IMG/VR virus record: IMGVR_UViG_3300010376_000034
Coordinates: 5,575 to 69,574 of that record
Reading direction: 5' to 3' (one strand)
Length of the DNA: 64,000 bases
DNA from: a virus
Lineage: Duplodnaviria > Caudoviricetes
A program made the translations under genes and the position numbers. This document shows positions 9,379 to 17,611 of this stretch, piece by piece. How positions within the stretch are numbered: position 1 is the stretch's first letter; each line of letters starts with the position of its first letter. The notes beneath the pieces were generated by a model. The model saw only the letters and a program-made list of their open reading frames with translations, ran no database searches and was not told the origin of the DNA.

Positions 9379-11070
9379 TCAAGCAAACGCTGGGTAGAGC
9401 GGTTTGGGCTGAGATTTGTACTTGTCGTCGTCGATATGATCGAGTTCGTCCTCGTCCGGCAACGTAGCCAGCCCCAACGCGCGCAGGTGCGCGAGCGCCT
9501 GGGACATGCTATCGGCGAGGTCGTCGTGCGTGCCCTTAGGCATTTCCGCGCATTCCGTGATCACTTTATCGGCCCAGTCCTTGTAGAGATAGTCGCCGTT
9601 TCCGGTCGCTTCGGCCGGGGCATAGACGAGCCCGCACTCGAAGAGGTTTTGCTGGGCGTACATCCGCGCCACTTTATCGCCCTCCGGTGTGACGAGTTGG
9701 ACCCCGAAATCTGCCCGATCCTGGGTTTTGGGGTTGTGACTCATCTTGTCGGAGATAATTCTTCCGCGGCGGCGAAGCTCTTGCGCGACTGGGTGCCCCG
9801 ACGCCTTGTCCTCGATAAGCACTCTATCCACTTTGAACTTCTTACATGTCTCCTCAACCTTGCGAAGCAACTCATAAAGTTCGAGGCGTTCCGTCCAGGC
9901 CCACATCAGGATCAGTCTTCGATTTTGCCACATATCGCGGCACACCCCTAGGACGACGGCTGCGGACGGGTCGTTTTGTTTCTTCTCGGTTTGCGCCGTA
10001 TCGAGACTAAGAACCGTGTAGCTCATCACCGGGAACTTGGGCCACGGGACGCCGAACTTGCCGCATTCTTCGGCTGTATAGGGTCGCCAGTGTTCGCGCT
10101 TGATAATACCGCCACCACGTGGCGCCGGACGTTGCTGGTACTGACCCGCGTAAGCCCAAGATCCCTTTTCTCGTTCGATGTTAGCGACGGCTTCAGGGGA
10201 AAATCTTTCCGGCCACGCGAGGTCGCCATCCTCAGTTCTTGGATCGCACCAGCCAAGGGGGTTATAGGGTTCCCGCCCGACTTCGAACTCCATGGGCACC
10301 ATGAGATGACAATACGGCCAGCCTTGTTCGAGGATGAAGCCGGATATGTCACTCTGATGTACCCTCTGCATGATGATGACAATGGCACTATCATCAAGGT
10401 TGTTGAGCCGGTCGGTGATGGTTTCACGAAACCAGCGCACGGTATCCGTCCGAACGACATCCGACTCAGATTTGTGAACGTCGTGAGGATCGTCGATAAC
10501 CACACGGTCGCCGCGTTCTCCGGTGCCGATGCCTTTGACCGACGAGGCGAACTTCGAGCCGGTTTTGCTGTTGGTGATTTTGATTTCGCCTTCTTTTTCG
10601 AGCGCGAACCTTTCACCCCATAACTCCTTGTACTTGTCGGACATGACCAGCTTGCGGAACTTGGTATTGTCGCGTTCAGTCAGACCGCTCGAATACGAGA
10701 AACTCACATAGCGCAAGTGGGGCATCGCCAGCGGTCCCCATTCCCAGGCGGGCCAGAAGACGTTGACCATCAGACTCTTCATGCTTCCGGGTGGGACATT
10801 GATCAGGAGCCGGGTGATTTTGCCGAAGGTGACGGCTTCGAGATGTTCGGCGATGGCGTCCAGCAACCAGCCTTCGACCAGTTTGGTTTCCGGTTCGAGG
10901 ATGTCCCAAAAGTACCTCACGAAGGCGACGAGGCCGCCGGCGCATGCCTGCGCCTTACGCTCTTTGCGAATACGTTGTTCGGTTTCGAGCGCGTCGAGCG
11001 CGACGACGAACTGGGGCGGAATCGGTTTGGACTTTGGCTTGTTCTTTGGCTTGGCCACCGATTTGGACAT
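9379..11070 (-). CDS. terL: Terminase large subunit
   Basis: LLINVPPGSMKS Walker A, VVIDDPHD Walker B, IIMQRVH, SLDTA...D nuclease and HDDLAD motifs; GGAGG RBS. Confidence 0.95.
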   Translation of the reverse strand: MSKSVAKPKNKPKSKPIPPQFVVALDALETEQRIRKERKAQACAGGLVAFVRYFWDILEPETKLVEGWLLDAIAEHLEAVTFGKITRLLINVPPGSMKSLMVNVFWPAWEWGPLAMPHLRYVSFSYSSGLTERDNTKFRKLVMSDKYKELWGERFALEKEGEIKITNSKTGSKFASSVKGIGTGERGDRVVIDDPHDVHKSESDVVRTDTVRWFRETITDRLNNLDDSAIVIIMQRVHQSDISGFILEQGWPYCHLMVPMEFEVGREPYNPLGWCDPRTEDGDLAWPERFSPEAVANIEREKGSWAYAGQYQQRPAPRGGGIIKREHWRPYTAEECGKFGVPWPKFPVMSYTVLSLDTAQTEKKQNDPSAAVVLGVCRDMWQNRRLILMWAWTERLELYELLRKVEETCKKFKVDRVLIEDKASGHPVAQELRRRGRIISDKMSHNPKTQDRADFGVQLVTPEGDKVARMYAQQNLFECGLVYAPAEATGNGDYLYKDWADKVITECAEMPKGTHDDLADSMSQALAHLRALGLATLPDEDELDHIDDDKYKSQPKPLYPAFA

Positions 11071-11203
11071 GCCCGAGCGCCTCCAGCAGCTGCATTCGCA
11101 CCCAGCTGCTTACTGACAGACCGCGTTTTTCTGCGCAAGAGACGATCTGATCGCGCTCGTCCGTGTTCACGCGCACCATGATGCCGATCGAACGGTTTTC
11201 CAT
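10955..11203 (-). CDS. Ribbon-helix-helix DNA-binding protein overlapping the terL 5' end
   Basis: IMVRVNTDERDQIVSCAEKRGLSVSSWVRMQLL fits the CopG/MobC-type RHH pattern. Confidence 0.5.
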   Translation of the reverse strand: MENRSIGIMVRVNTDERDQIVSCAEKRGLSVSSWVRMQLLEALGHVQIGGQAKEQAKVQTDSAPVRRRARRARNRTTYSQRA

Positions 11204-11239
11204 CTTGCCATCCTATGACGAAACGAATACAAATGCAAC

Positions 11240-11545
11240 ATGCCAAACCATCACGACTGGGAACGCGCAGACCTGCACGCACAGGACAACCGACAACTGC
11301 GGCAGGAAATCATGGACCTGCGCGCTGCGCGTGATCGCCAGGCGGAGGAAATCGCGCAGATACGCGCCGACAGCGCTTTGGTCGTGTATGCGCTCGACTG
11401 TTCGCTGCAGCTGAGCGACGCATTACTGACCTTGCTCAACATGTCGGCGCCGGAGGGGCTGCCGCTGCCACCCGGGATTGCCGGCTTGAAGTTCCGGTTC
11501 GACGAGGCGATGGCGAAGATGGGGAGGGAGAAGGCCCAGCGATGA
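11240..11545 (+). CDS. Hypothetical coiled-coil protein
   Basis: First gene of a plus-strand cluster with overlapping start/stop codons. Confidence 0.55.
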   Translation: MPNHHDWERADLHAQDNRQLRQEIMDLRAARDRQAEEIAQIRADSALVVYALDCSLQLSDALLTLLNMSAPEGLPLPPGIAGLKFRFDEAMAKMGREKAQR

Positions 11546-11733
11546 CACGGCGTTACACGCAGAAACTAGCCGAGCGCCACAACACCGGCTACCAAAAAAC
11601 GAGGAAACTTCCCCAGCTGGGGCTCGTATCCTGGAAGCCCTCGAAGCATTCGCACGCACGTCAGGAGAACAAGCATGGCGCCGACATTGACAAAAAGCCA
11701 AGCGGGCTACCACCTGGCGAACACGACGTATGA
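11542..11733 (+). CDS. Hypothetical protein
   Basis: ATGA-coupled, but overlaps the next ORF by 59 nt. Confidence 0.3.
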   Translation: MTRRYTQKLAERHNTGYQKTRKLPQLGLVSWKPSKHSHARQENKHGADIDKKPSGLPPGEHDV

Positions 11734-11863
11734 TCGCAACCGCTATTGCAAGGACTGCAGCATGTTCCGGCACAAGGTGTTGACTAGCGGCGCCTGCACG
11801 CTGGTGAAGGGCGAAATCGAACGCGAAGGGACGTGTAAGCACTATGACCCGAAAGAACCCTGA
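11675..11863 (+). CDS. HiPIP-like four-cysteine protein with no signal peptide
   Basis: TKSQAGY...YCKDCSMF...GACTLVKGEIEREGTCKHY matches HiPIP Cys spacing; AGGAG RBS. Confidence 0.6.
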   Translation: MAPTLTKSQAGYHLANTTYDRNRYCKDCSMFRHKVLTSGACTLVKGEIEREGTCKHYDPKEP

Positions 11864-12116
11864 CCGCGATTGGGTGGTGACCTACGAGTATCTCTATGAC
11901 GACGTGGACGAGCGACACGGCCTTCGCGTCCACGTCCAGACCACCGAACAGTTTTTCACCGGCAGCGAGGCGGAGTGCCGGCGCATTGCCGCGGCGTCGG
12001 TCGCGCCGGCGCGGCATAAAGGCAAGCGGGTGCTGGCATTTCGTCCCGTGATAGGACCGCTGGTGGCTTGGAAAAGGCACCTCGAAGAACTCGAAGAGAT
12101 GTTTCGCGATGAGTGA
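11844..12116 (+). CDS. Hypothetical protein
   Basis: ORF in a tightly packed cluster. Confidence 0.5.
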   Translation: MTRKNPDRDWVVTYEYLYDDVDERHGLRVHVQTTEQFFTGSEAECRRIAAASVAPARHKGKRVLAFRPVIGPLVAWKRHLEELEEMFRDE

Positions 12117-12492
12117 CAAGCCAGATCCCGATCCTCGACCGCTTGAAGCCGCCATCCTGCTGGAGGCCGGCAGCAAAACCATTGCCAAGCTGATGGAGGA
12201 GAAGGAGGCGCTGGAGGACAGAAAGGTCACATTGGAAGCGGCCGTGATAAGTCTGCGCCAAGACCTCGACGGCGCCATTCGCGCGCGCGACATCGCCTGT
12301 TTCAACATCGTGGAACTGAATGATCACAAGGCGCTTCTCACCGCGGCGCTCGGCGATGCCACGACCATGATCGATCACTTGCTGGGCGAGCTACGCTACC
12401 ACAACGTCGTACCGCGGCCGGCGCTGATGCTGGCGCACAAGCAGTTCCAGCGCAAGATGATAAAACTTCTCAGCGAGGGCAAACGTCAATGA
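12109..12492 (+). CDS. Hypothetical coiled-coil protein
   Basis: ORF in a tightly packed cluster. Confidence 0.55.
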   Translation: MSDKPDPDPRPLEAAILLEAGSKTIAKLMEEKEALEDRKVTLEAAVISLRQDLDGAIRARDIACFNIVELNDHKALLTAALGDATTMIDHLLGELRYHNVVPRPALMLAHKQFQRKMIKLLSEGKRQ

Positions 12493-12713
12493 GTAAGGCG
12501 ACTCATACCCCGGGCGTAAAACCCTTGGCCGAGCGGACCGACGATGAAGGCGAGCTAACGATCGTCATCACCGCCGACGGCGACGATATCATCATTGACT
12601 TCGGCAAGCCGATTCATTGGCTGGCCATGCCCAAGAAGCAGGCTCAGGAACTCGCGCTCAACATCCTGCGTCGGGCCGCGAACAAGTACGTCAAGCTGGA
12701 AATCCCGGATTAA
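12489..12713 (+). CDS. Hypothetical protein
   Basis: ATGA-coupled; DEGEL...IIIDFGKPIHWLAMP. Confidence 0.55.
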   Translation: MSKATHTPGVKPLAERTDDEGELTIVITADGDDIIIDFGKPIHWLAMPKKQAQELALNILRRAANKYVKLEIPD

Positions 12714-12724
12714 GATATCCCCTT

Positions 12725-13459
12725 TTAGCGGTGGGTTGTGCGCGTGGTGGTGCGGGTGCGCGTCACGGTATGCGGTGGGTCTGGGTCGGGATCTTCTTCG
12801 GCGTGGGTGCCGGGATTGCCGTTGCCGTTACCAGCAGCTTGCGCTTCTGCCGCCACGAGACGTTGTTCCTGCGCGACCATCTTCTGCGCCGGACTCAAAT
12901 CATGTTCGGCGAATGCGAGCGCCTCCTGATTGGTCGGCCAGGCCCCGGCGATCGGCTCGTTCACCCGCGGCATGGTGATCCAGGCGCCGGATGCCGGGCG
13001 TTGCCCGTAATAGAAGCCGATGCCGTTGCGCGCCGTGATCGTGCCGGCAGAGGGGTCAATACTCACGCAGTTGTAGAAGGGGACGTTCTGGCCGGTGGCG
13101 TCGAAGCCGGAGGCATAGGCGACGGTGCCCTGCACCGTGACCGCGCCCGGATTGGAGGCCAGCGGATAGGTCACCGTGGTCGGCCCGGTGATGGTTCCGG
13201 TGTAGCTTCCGTTGTAGCCGGCCGGCGTGACGCCGGCGACCGTGATCGGATAGATGCTCCCCGGCGGGTCGCTTACCGCGGACGCGAGTGTCACGGTGGC
13301 GACGCCACCGGCCCAGGCGATACCGGTGGTTGCTACCGAGACGGGACGACCGGCCAAAGAAGCCGTGATGACGGCCGCCATCGGCGCAGCGGCAGGCGGT
13401 GCAGCCGCGAAGTACCAAACAGGCGTCCCGGTCTGCGGGCTGGTCAGCGTGCGCGGCAT
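12725..13459 (-). CDS. Thr/Gly/Ala-rich beta-structured, probably structural protein
   Basis: AGGAGG RBS before MPRTLTS; composition typical of virion surface proteins. Confidence 0.55.
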   Translation of the reverse strand: MPRTLTSPQTGTPVWYFAAAPPAAAPMAAVITASLAGRPVSVATTGIAWAGGVATVTLASAVSDPPGSIYPITVAGVTPAGYNGSYTGTITGPTTVTYPLASNPGAVTVQGTVAYASGFDATGQNVPFYNCVSIDPSAGTITARNGIGFYYGQRPASGAWITMPRVNEPIAGAWPTNQEALAFAEHDLSPAQKMVAQEQRLVAAEAQAAGNGNGNPGTHAEEDPDPDPPHTVTRTRTTTRTTHR

Positions 13460-13619
13460 GATCGACCTCCTGAGATAGGCCGGCGACCGCAGACGCAAGC
13501 CGCCGGCCGTTGTGCTCTCCGATTACGAAGACAGACGCACCGTCCGCTGAGACAAGCGTCATGGCTTCACGACTCAGATGCTAGCATCCCACCGCCCCAT
13601 CTTCCAGGCTCCTTGCTTT

Positions 13620-14030
13620 TCATACCCATTCCGAATCGCGGTTATGCCCGTTGCCGTAAAGCAACAGCGCTCGCTTCGCGATGAGCCCCACCAGTCGCTG
13701 CCGCTGCCAGCGCAAGCCGGCCGGCTCTGTCTTGGGCGCATAGACGTGCGCGCCACGCTTGGCACCGAACCTCATGTCCCGCACCTCCGCCGCCTTCCTC
13801 GCCCGCTCCGACGCGCGCTCCTTCTCCCGAATCCGAAACTCCGCCGCCCAGTCCTTGTGCCACAACACGGCATAACACTTCGGACAAATCCGGTACTCCC
13901 CATCCCCCGCGGCCATCACCGGAACCCGGCAATCGCTGCACATCCCACCGCTCAAGGTCGGCGCCGGCTGCATGTAGCGCCGATATCCGCCTGGCATCAT
14001 CGCCTCCTGTGGCCTATCCTTCTTCGGCAT
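13620..14030 (-). CDS. Hypothetical protein with CxxC...CxxC zinc ribbon (start uncertain)
   Basis: CSDC and CPKC motifs. Confidence 0.4.
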   Translation of the reverse strand: MPKKDRPQEAMMPGGYRRYMQPAPTLSGGMCSDCRVPVMAAGDGEYRICPKCYAVLWHKDWAAEFRIREKERASERARKAAEVRDMRFGAKRGAHVYAPKTEPAGLRWQRQRLVGLIAKRALLLYGNGHNRDSEWV

Positions 14031-14289
14031 GAGCGATGCTCACCCCCCTTTCAACTTCCGCCGCGAACGCATCGAAAAACTGCTGCACGAACTGCGCTAC
14101 GAAGTCGAGCGCGGCATGCTCGAACGCGATATCGACGAAACCCTCACCTTCCGCTTCTACGTCCCAGTCTCCCGCCGCATCCCAGGCGGCGTCGTCCGCT
14201 GCGAATTCTCCAGCCGCCCCGTCCACCACCTCGACGTCTTCGCACACGACCTCGAACCGCGATTGCGCCTGGTCAAATCTGTGGACTAA
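14029..14289 (+). CDS. Hypothetical protein
   Basis: ORF with C-ending codons, inside the C-skewed block. Confidence 0.5.
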   Translation: MSDAHPPFNFRRERIEKLLHELRYEVERGMLERDIDETLTFRFYVPVSRRIPGGVVRCEFSSRPVHHLDVFAHDLEPRLRLVKSVD

Positions 14290-14335
14290 TTCCACCGAGA
14301 ACAAACCGGTTAATTAGTCCTTCACGGAACGTCCC

Positions 14336-14854
14336 ATGAAAGCCTACTGCCCACTGTGCAAAACCGAGGGCCACTGGGGAAGCAATTGCCCGAAACTCAA
14401 ATCTCTTTCCCATGGCGCCCCCCGGGCTTGCGCCCACGACCTCGTAGCGCCCGAGCACGTCCCTCGTCGGCGCCGGCCGCTCGTTCCAACTCCCGCGGCG
14501 GAAGCGATCCAGGCTCATAAGGCCATCCACGTGCCTCTCGCCGCTTCATCAGCCGCAGCGCCGCACGCCGCTGCACCGCATCCTCCTCCGACGGCCACCG
14601 ATCCCACTTCAACACAACCCTCACCGCCCTCCCACAATGCGGACATGCACACAGCATCTCATCCTCCCGTTACCAAAATGCCCGTTACCAAAAATCAGAC
14701 GTTACCGAAATGCGTTACCGAAAATCAACCTATTTCGGTAACACCCGTTACCAGAAAGCGCGGCCGCCCCAAATCCGGTAACGCCCTCACCCCCGCACAA
14801 AAACAAGCCGCATACCGCGCCCGCAAATCCCAAAAAGGAGGTACACCAAAATGA
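14336..14854 (+). CDS. CCHC zinc-knuckle protein with a C-terminal basic AT-hook-like DNA-binding motif
   Basis: CPLCKTEGHWGSNC = C-x2-C-x4-H-x4-C; RKRGRPKSGNALTPAQKQAAYRARK. Confidence 0.55.
   Translation: MKAYCPLCKTEGHWGSNCPKLKSLSHGAPRACAHDLVAPEHVPRRRRPLVPTPAAEAIQAHKAIHVPLAASSAAAPHAAAPHPPPTATDPTSTQPSPPSHNADMHTASHPPVTKMPVTKNQTLPKCVTENQPISVTPVTRKRGRPKSGNALTPAQKQAAYRARKSQKGGTPK
14668..14784. repeat. Cluster of GTTACC(A/G)(A/G)AA repeats: 5 direct and 2 inverted
   Basis: Copies at 14669, 14684, 14701, 14714 and 14747; inverted TTTCGGTAAC at 14733 and CGGTAACG near 14776. Confidence 0.8.
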
Positions 14855-15042
14855 CCACACCCCCCTCTCCCCACACCGACCCAACCTCCCTCGACGCCTA
14901 CCCCATGAAAACTCTCGCCGAAGCCAAATCCTCACTCGAAACCCTCATCTCACGCCACACAAACTCCGAACTCGGCGTCGCTGACTACCGATCACTCCGT
15001 AACGCTATCCAATCCCGCATCGCAGAACTCACAAAACCATAG
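14851..15042 (+). CDS. Hypothetical protein
   Basis: AAGGAGG RBS; ATGA overlap with the upstream gene. Confidence 0.6.
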   Translation: MTTPPSPHTDPTSLDAYPMKTLAEAKSSLETLISRHTNSELGVADYRSLRNAIQSRIAELTKP

Positions 15043-15056
15043 TTCCACGTGAAACA
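15041..15056. promoter_or_regulatory. parS-like centromere site
   Basis: AGTTCCACGTGAAACA, 15/16 match to the canonical TGTTNCACGTGAAACA; lies at the end of a gene. Confidence 0.6.
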
Positions 15057-15079
15057 TCGCCCTAACCCCAACCCGGAAT

Positions 15080-15170
15080 AAAAAAAACCGCGGCATTCGG
15101 GGGAGGGGCCTGGTGATTTTTTCGGTTTCGCTGCCGCCCCCCTCCCCCCCCCTGCGCGTGGGCGTGGGGG
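15080..15170. other. Homopolymer-rich non-coding tract (A8, G-runs, T6, C6-T-C9); candidate packaging or terminus region
   Basis: Runs seen directly, between converging genes and about 100 bp from terS. Confidence 0.35.
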
Positions 15171-15275
15171 CGCGCTGCCTGCACGCTGCGCCTGCGCCGC
15201 GATCGCGTCGGCGCCGGGCGTTCGCGAATCGCGAACTGTCGAAGGAATGGCTACTTGTTCGCCAGTCTGGTCTAA

Positions 15276-15755
15276 TCATTCCAATGGCTTAGCAGGATCA
15301 GGGTCGGACTCAGGCGCTTCGACGCTAGATGTAGTGGGTGTGACGTCGATCACACCGCGCTCGCGCTCCTCGATCATCGCCTTGATGGTAGCGATCGCGT
15401 CTTCGATCTGCTGGTCCGTCATCTCTTTGACGCTGCCGCTGTGCTCGACTTGTAGCTCCCGAGGCACCAGCAACACCAGCATTTTGAGGAATATCGCCGG
15501 TTGATCCTTCATCACCTTGTCGATGGCGCGTTGCCCGCCTTTGGCGAACGCCTTGCGCATGCCCTCGATCGTGAGGGAGTTCAGATGGCGCCGTGCGCGA
15601 TCGACTCCACCGGTAGGATTGCCAGAGTACCCGGGCAGCAGACGGCCCTTTGCGTCGCGGCGCCTTGCGGTGAAATCCTTGGGCCTTAGCGCCAACTGCC
15701 TTTGGCGTCGATTGATTGGCTTGGGTTGTGGCTGTGGAGTTGAGGCGTCATCCAT
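15276..15755 (-). CDS. terS: Terminase small subunit-like protein
   Basis: RDAKGRLLPGYSGNPTG motif and C-terminal VEHSGSV...MTDQQI. Confidence 0.65.
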   Translation of the reverse strand: MDDASTPQPQPKPINRRQRQLALRPKDFTARRRDAKGRLLPGYSGNPTGGVDRARRHLNSLTIEGMRKAFAKGGQRAIDKVMKDQPAIFLKMLVLLVPRELQVEHSGSVKEMTDQQIEDAIATIKAMIEERERGVIDVTPTTSSVEAPESDPDPAKPLE

Positions 15756-15764
15756 GGGTGGAGG

Positions 15765-15977
15765 CTAGACGTCGGGTGGCGGCTTGTCACCAGTGCCGGC
15801 GAGACAATCGCACCAGGGCAGGTCGCGCGGTGCTGGGCCGGTGCAGTCGAAGACGGTCATGACCGGTTCGCCGGCTGAGCGTGCCGCGGCGACCGTGGGG
15901 CAGTCGGGGCGATGGAGCACCAGGGCTGAGCCCTGGGGGTCAAGTGTGAGCGAGTAGGTTCCGGGCCCGGGCTTCAT
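15765..15977 (-). CDS. Hypothetical protein
   Basis: MKPGPG start overlaps the upstream stop (ATGA). Confidence 0.45.
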   Translation of the reverse strand: MKPGPGTYSLTLDPQGSALVLHRPDCPTVAAARSAGEPVMTVFDCTGPAPRDLPWCDCLAGTGDKPPPDV

Positions 15978-16177
15978 CGTGGCACCAATGGGCGGCGGCG
16001 CGCCGGGCGATAGAGGCGGCTGGACTCGGCGACCTCGCGCAGCAGACCGAGGATGCAGGACCAGCAGGCGCAGCCGAGCGGGTGCGGCGCGTCCGACTCG
16101 TCGCGCCATTGCGCCATCAGCAGGTCGCGGTCACCTTGCCATTGTGTCAGCGTCACCATGCGGGACCTCGTGGGCAT
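15974..16177 (-). CDS. Hypothetical protein
   Basis: First ORF after the structured intergenic region. Confidence 0.4.
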   Translation of the reverse strand: MPTRSRMVTLTQWQGDRDLLMAQWRDESDAPHPLGCACWSCILGLLREVAESSRLYRPARRRPLVPR

Positions 16178-16204
16178 AGCTCGCCCCTCGCTTGGGGAGG
16201 GAGG

Positions 16205-16645
16205 GAGCTTGCTTGCTGTGGAAGCAAGCGACCGACCAACCCAAGAAGCCTAGACCGTATCGCCGCGCCTGCCTCAGTTCGGGGGCCGCCGGTTGTTTCC
16301 GGCGATCAGCGGGAGAGGCCAGACCCGCCGGGTGTTAATCCCGCACCATGGGCGCGACTATCTCTGACCGATGGCTCAGCAGTCAGAGGGGGCGAGGTGT
16401 CCGCTGTGCTTCCCCAGCGGGTGGAGTCCCCCGGCCGCCTTCCCCACACCATCGGCTGTGGGCAAAGCCGTTGCGCGTCACCAGGGATTGCGGTATATGG
16501 TGAGGAGTTCCGCACCAGGAATGACCGCACTAGGGCCGCTCATACAGGACACGCAAGTCCTTGAGCGGCCTTCCCTTTGGGCACTCTGTCGCGCCGAGCG
16601 CGGGCACCCGCGACTCGCATCGCATCTGAGTCGCGCTCGACGCGC
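16205..16645. ncRNA. Candidate structured RNA or long leader (about 8-10 hairpins)
   Basis: Stems GCTTGCT/AGCAAGC, CGCCGG/CCGGCG, CTCTGAC/GTCAGAG, CCGCTG/CAGCGG, CCCACA/TGTGGG, TCACCA/TGGTGA, GGCCGCTCA/TGAGCGGCC, GCGACTC/GAGTCGC; no credible ORF. Confidence 0.4.
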
Positions 16646-16679
16646 AAGCGCTAATCCGCGCGCGCGCCGATTATTCGCG

Positions 16680-16698
16680 TTATCCACAGCAATCCACA
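16680..16698. promoter_or_regulatory. DnaA-box-like site plus an adjacent degenerate copy
   Basis: TTATCCACA followed by CAATCCACA at the early/late divergence. Confidence 0.3.
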
Positions 16699-16873
16699 GC
16701 AGCATTGCTGACCTAACCGCGCACCAGGGCGCGCGAGCCCGATGGGTGTCGGCGCCGAGACGCGCCAGGGCGCAATCGGCCCGCGCTGTGCGCAATCATG
16801 CCACCTTGCGAACCATGGCGGCGGCTTAACTGCCACCGTGGCGCATTGCGCTATGCCACAGTGCGAATATGTG

Positions 16874-16902
16874 TTGACACGAACCGTTGCGAAGCGTACA
16901 CA
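16874..16902 (+). promoter_or_regulatory. Putative sigma70 early promoter
   Basis: TTGACA-17 nt-TACACA, about 40 nt upstream of the first early gene. Confidence 0.5.
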
Positions 16903-16941
16903 CGGGCGCCCCTTTGAGGGTTTCAACCAGGAGTCTAACCC

Positions 16942-17610
16942 ATGAACACGTGGAGAAAGAACGGCGATAGCTGGGCCGTTCAATGCGACACCGAGCAAGC
17001 ACCGGGCGCCGTGGTGACCGTGGTGACCCGCGCCGGCAAGGCAAAGACCGTCACGCTAGGCGAGCGACAGAATTTGCTCGGCTTCGTGTATGCCGTGGCC
17101 GATACCCGCCCCCAGGCGCAGGCAGTCGGCGACCTCGCAGGCGTCTTCGCCCTCTTCGACCGGGCCGCGACCTATATGCAGCGCCCGGCTGTCGTGATCG
17201 GCGTAGGCAAGCCCGGCTTCGACCCCAAGACCGGCAAGCCTGCCGAGGTGCTGGACTTCACCGTGCGGCTCAACATCGCTGGCGAGCGCGCCAAGGTCCC
17301 GGGCAGCATCACGGTCCTGGACGGCGAGCGCACCGAGGAAGGGCGCGACTGGTTTGGGCGTATCCTCCGGGATGGCAGCTATCAACCCTCCAATGCCACC
17401 AATGGCCGCACCGAGGCAATCACCGCCGCGTTGCGCCGCTTTGCGGCCGACCCCGCGACCGGCGCCAAGGAGTCGGCGCGCCTCACCGGGCGTTGCTGCT
17501 TTTGCAACACCGCATTGAAGGACGAGCGCTCGACCGCGGTGGGATACGGCGAGACCTGCGCCGCACACTTTGGCTTGCCGTGGGGCGAGCGGCCGGCCGA
17601 GAGGCTGTGA
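16942..17610 (+). CDS. DUF6011-like protein
   Basis: C-terminal GRCCFCNTALKDERSTAVGYGETCA. Confidence 0.65.
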   Translation: MNTWRKNGDSWAVQCDTEQAPGAVVTVVTRAGKAKTVTLGERQNLLGFVYAVADTRPQAQAVGDLAGVFALFDRAATYMQRPAVVIGVGKPGFDPKTGKPAEVLDFTVRLNIAGERAKVPGSITVLDGERTEEGRDWFGRILRDGSYQPSNATNGRTEAITAALRRFAADPATGAKESARLTGRCCFCNTALKDERSTAVGYGETCAAHFGLPWGERPAERL

Positions 17611-17611
17611 C

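Noticed and set aside
14028-14031. Divergent ORFs sharing one CATG (also 56458-56461)
   Set aside because: Any CATG gives an ATG on both strands, and no RBS supports both starts; probably a start-calling artefact.
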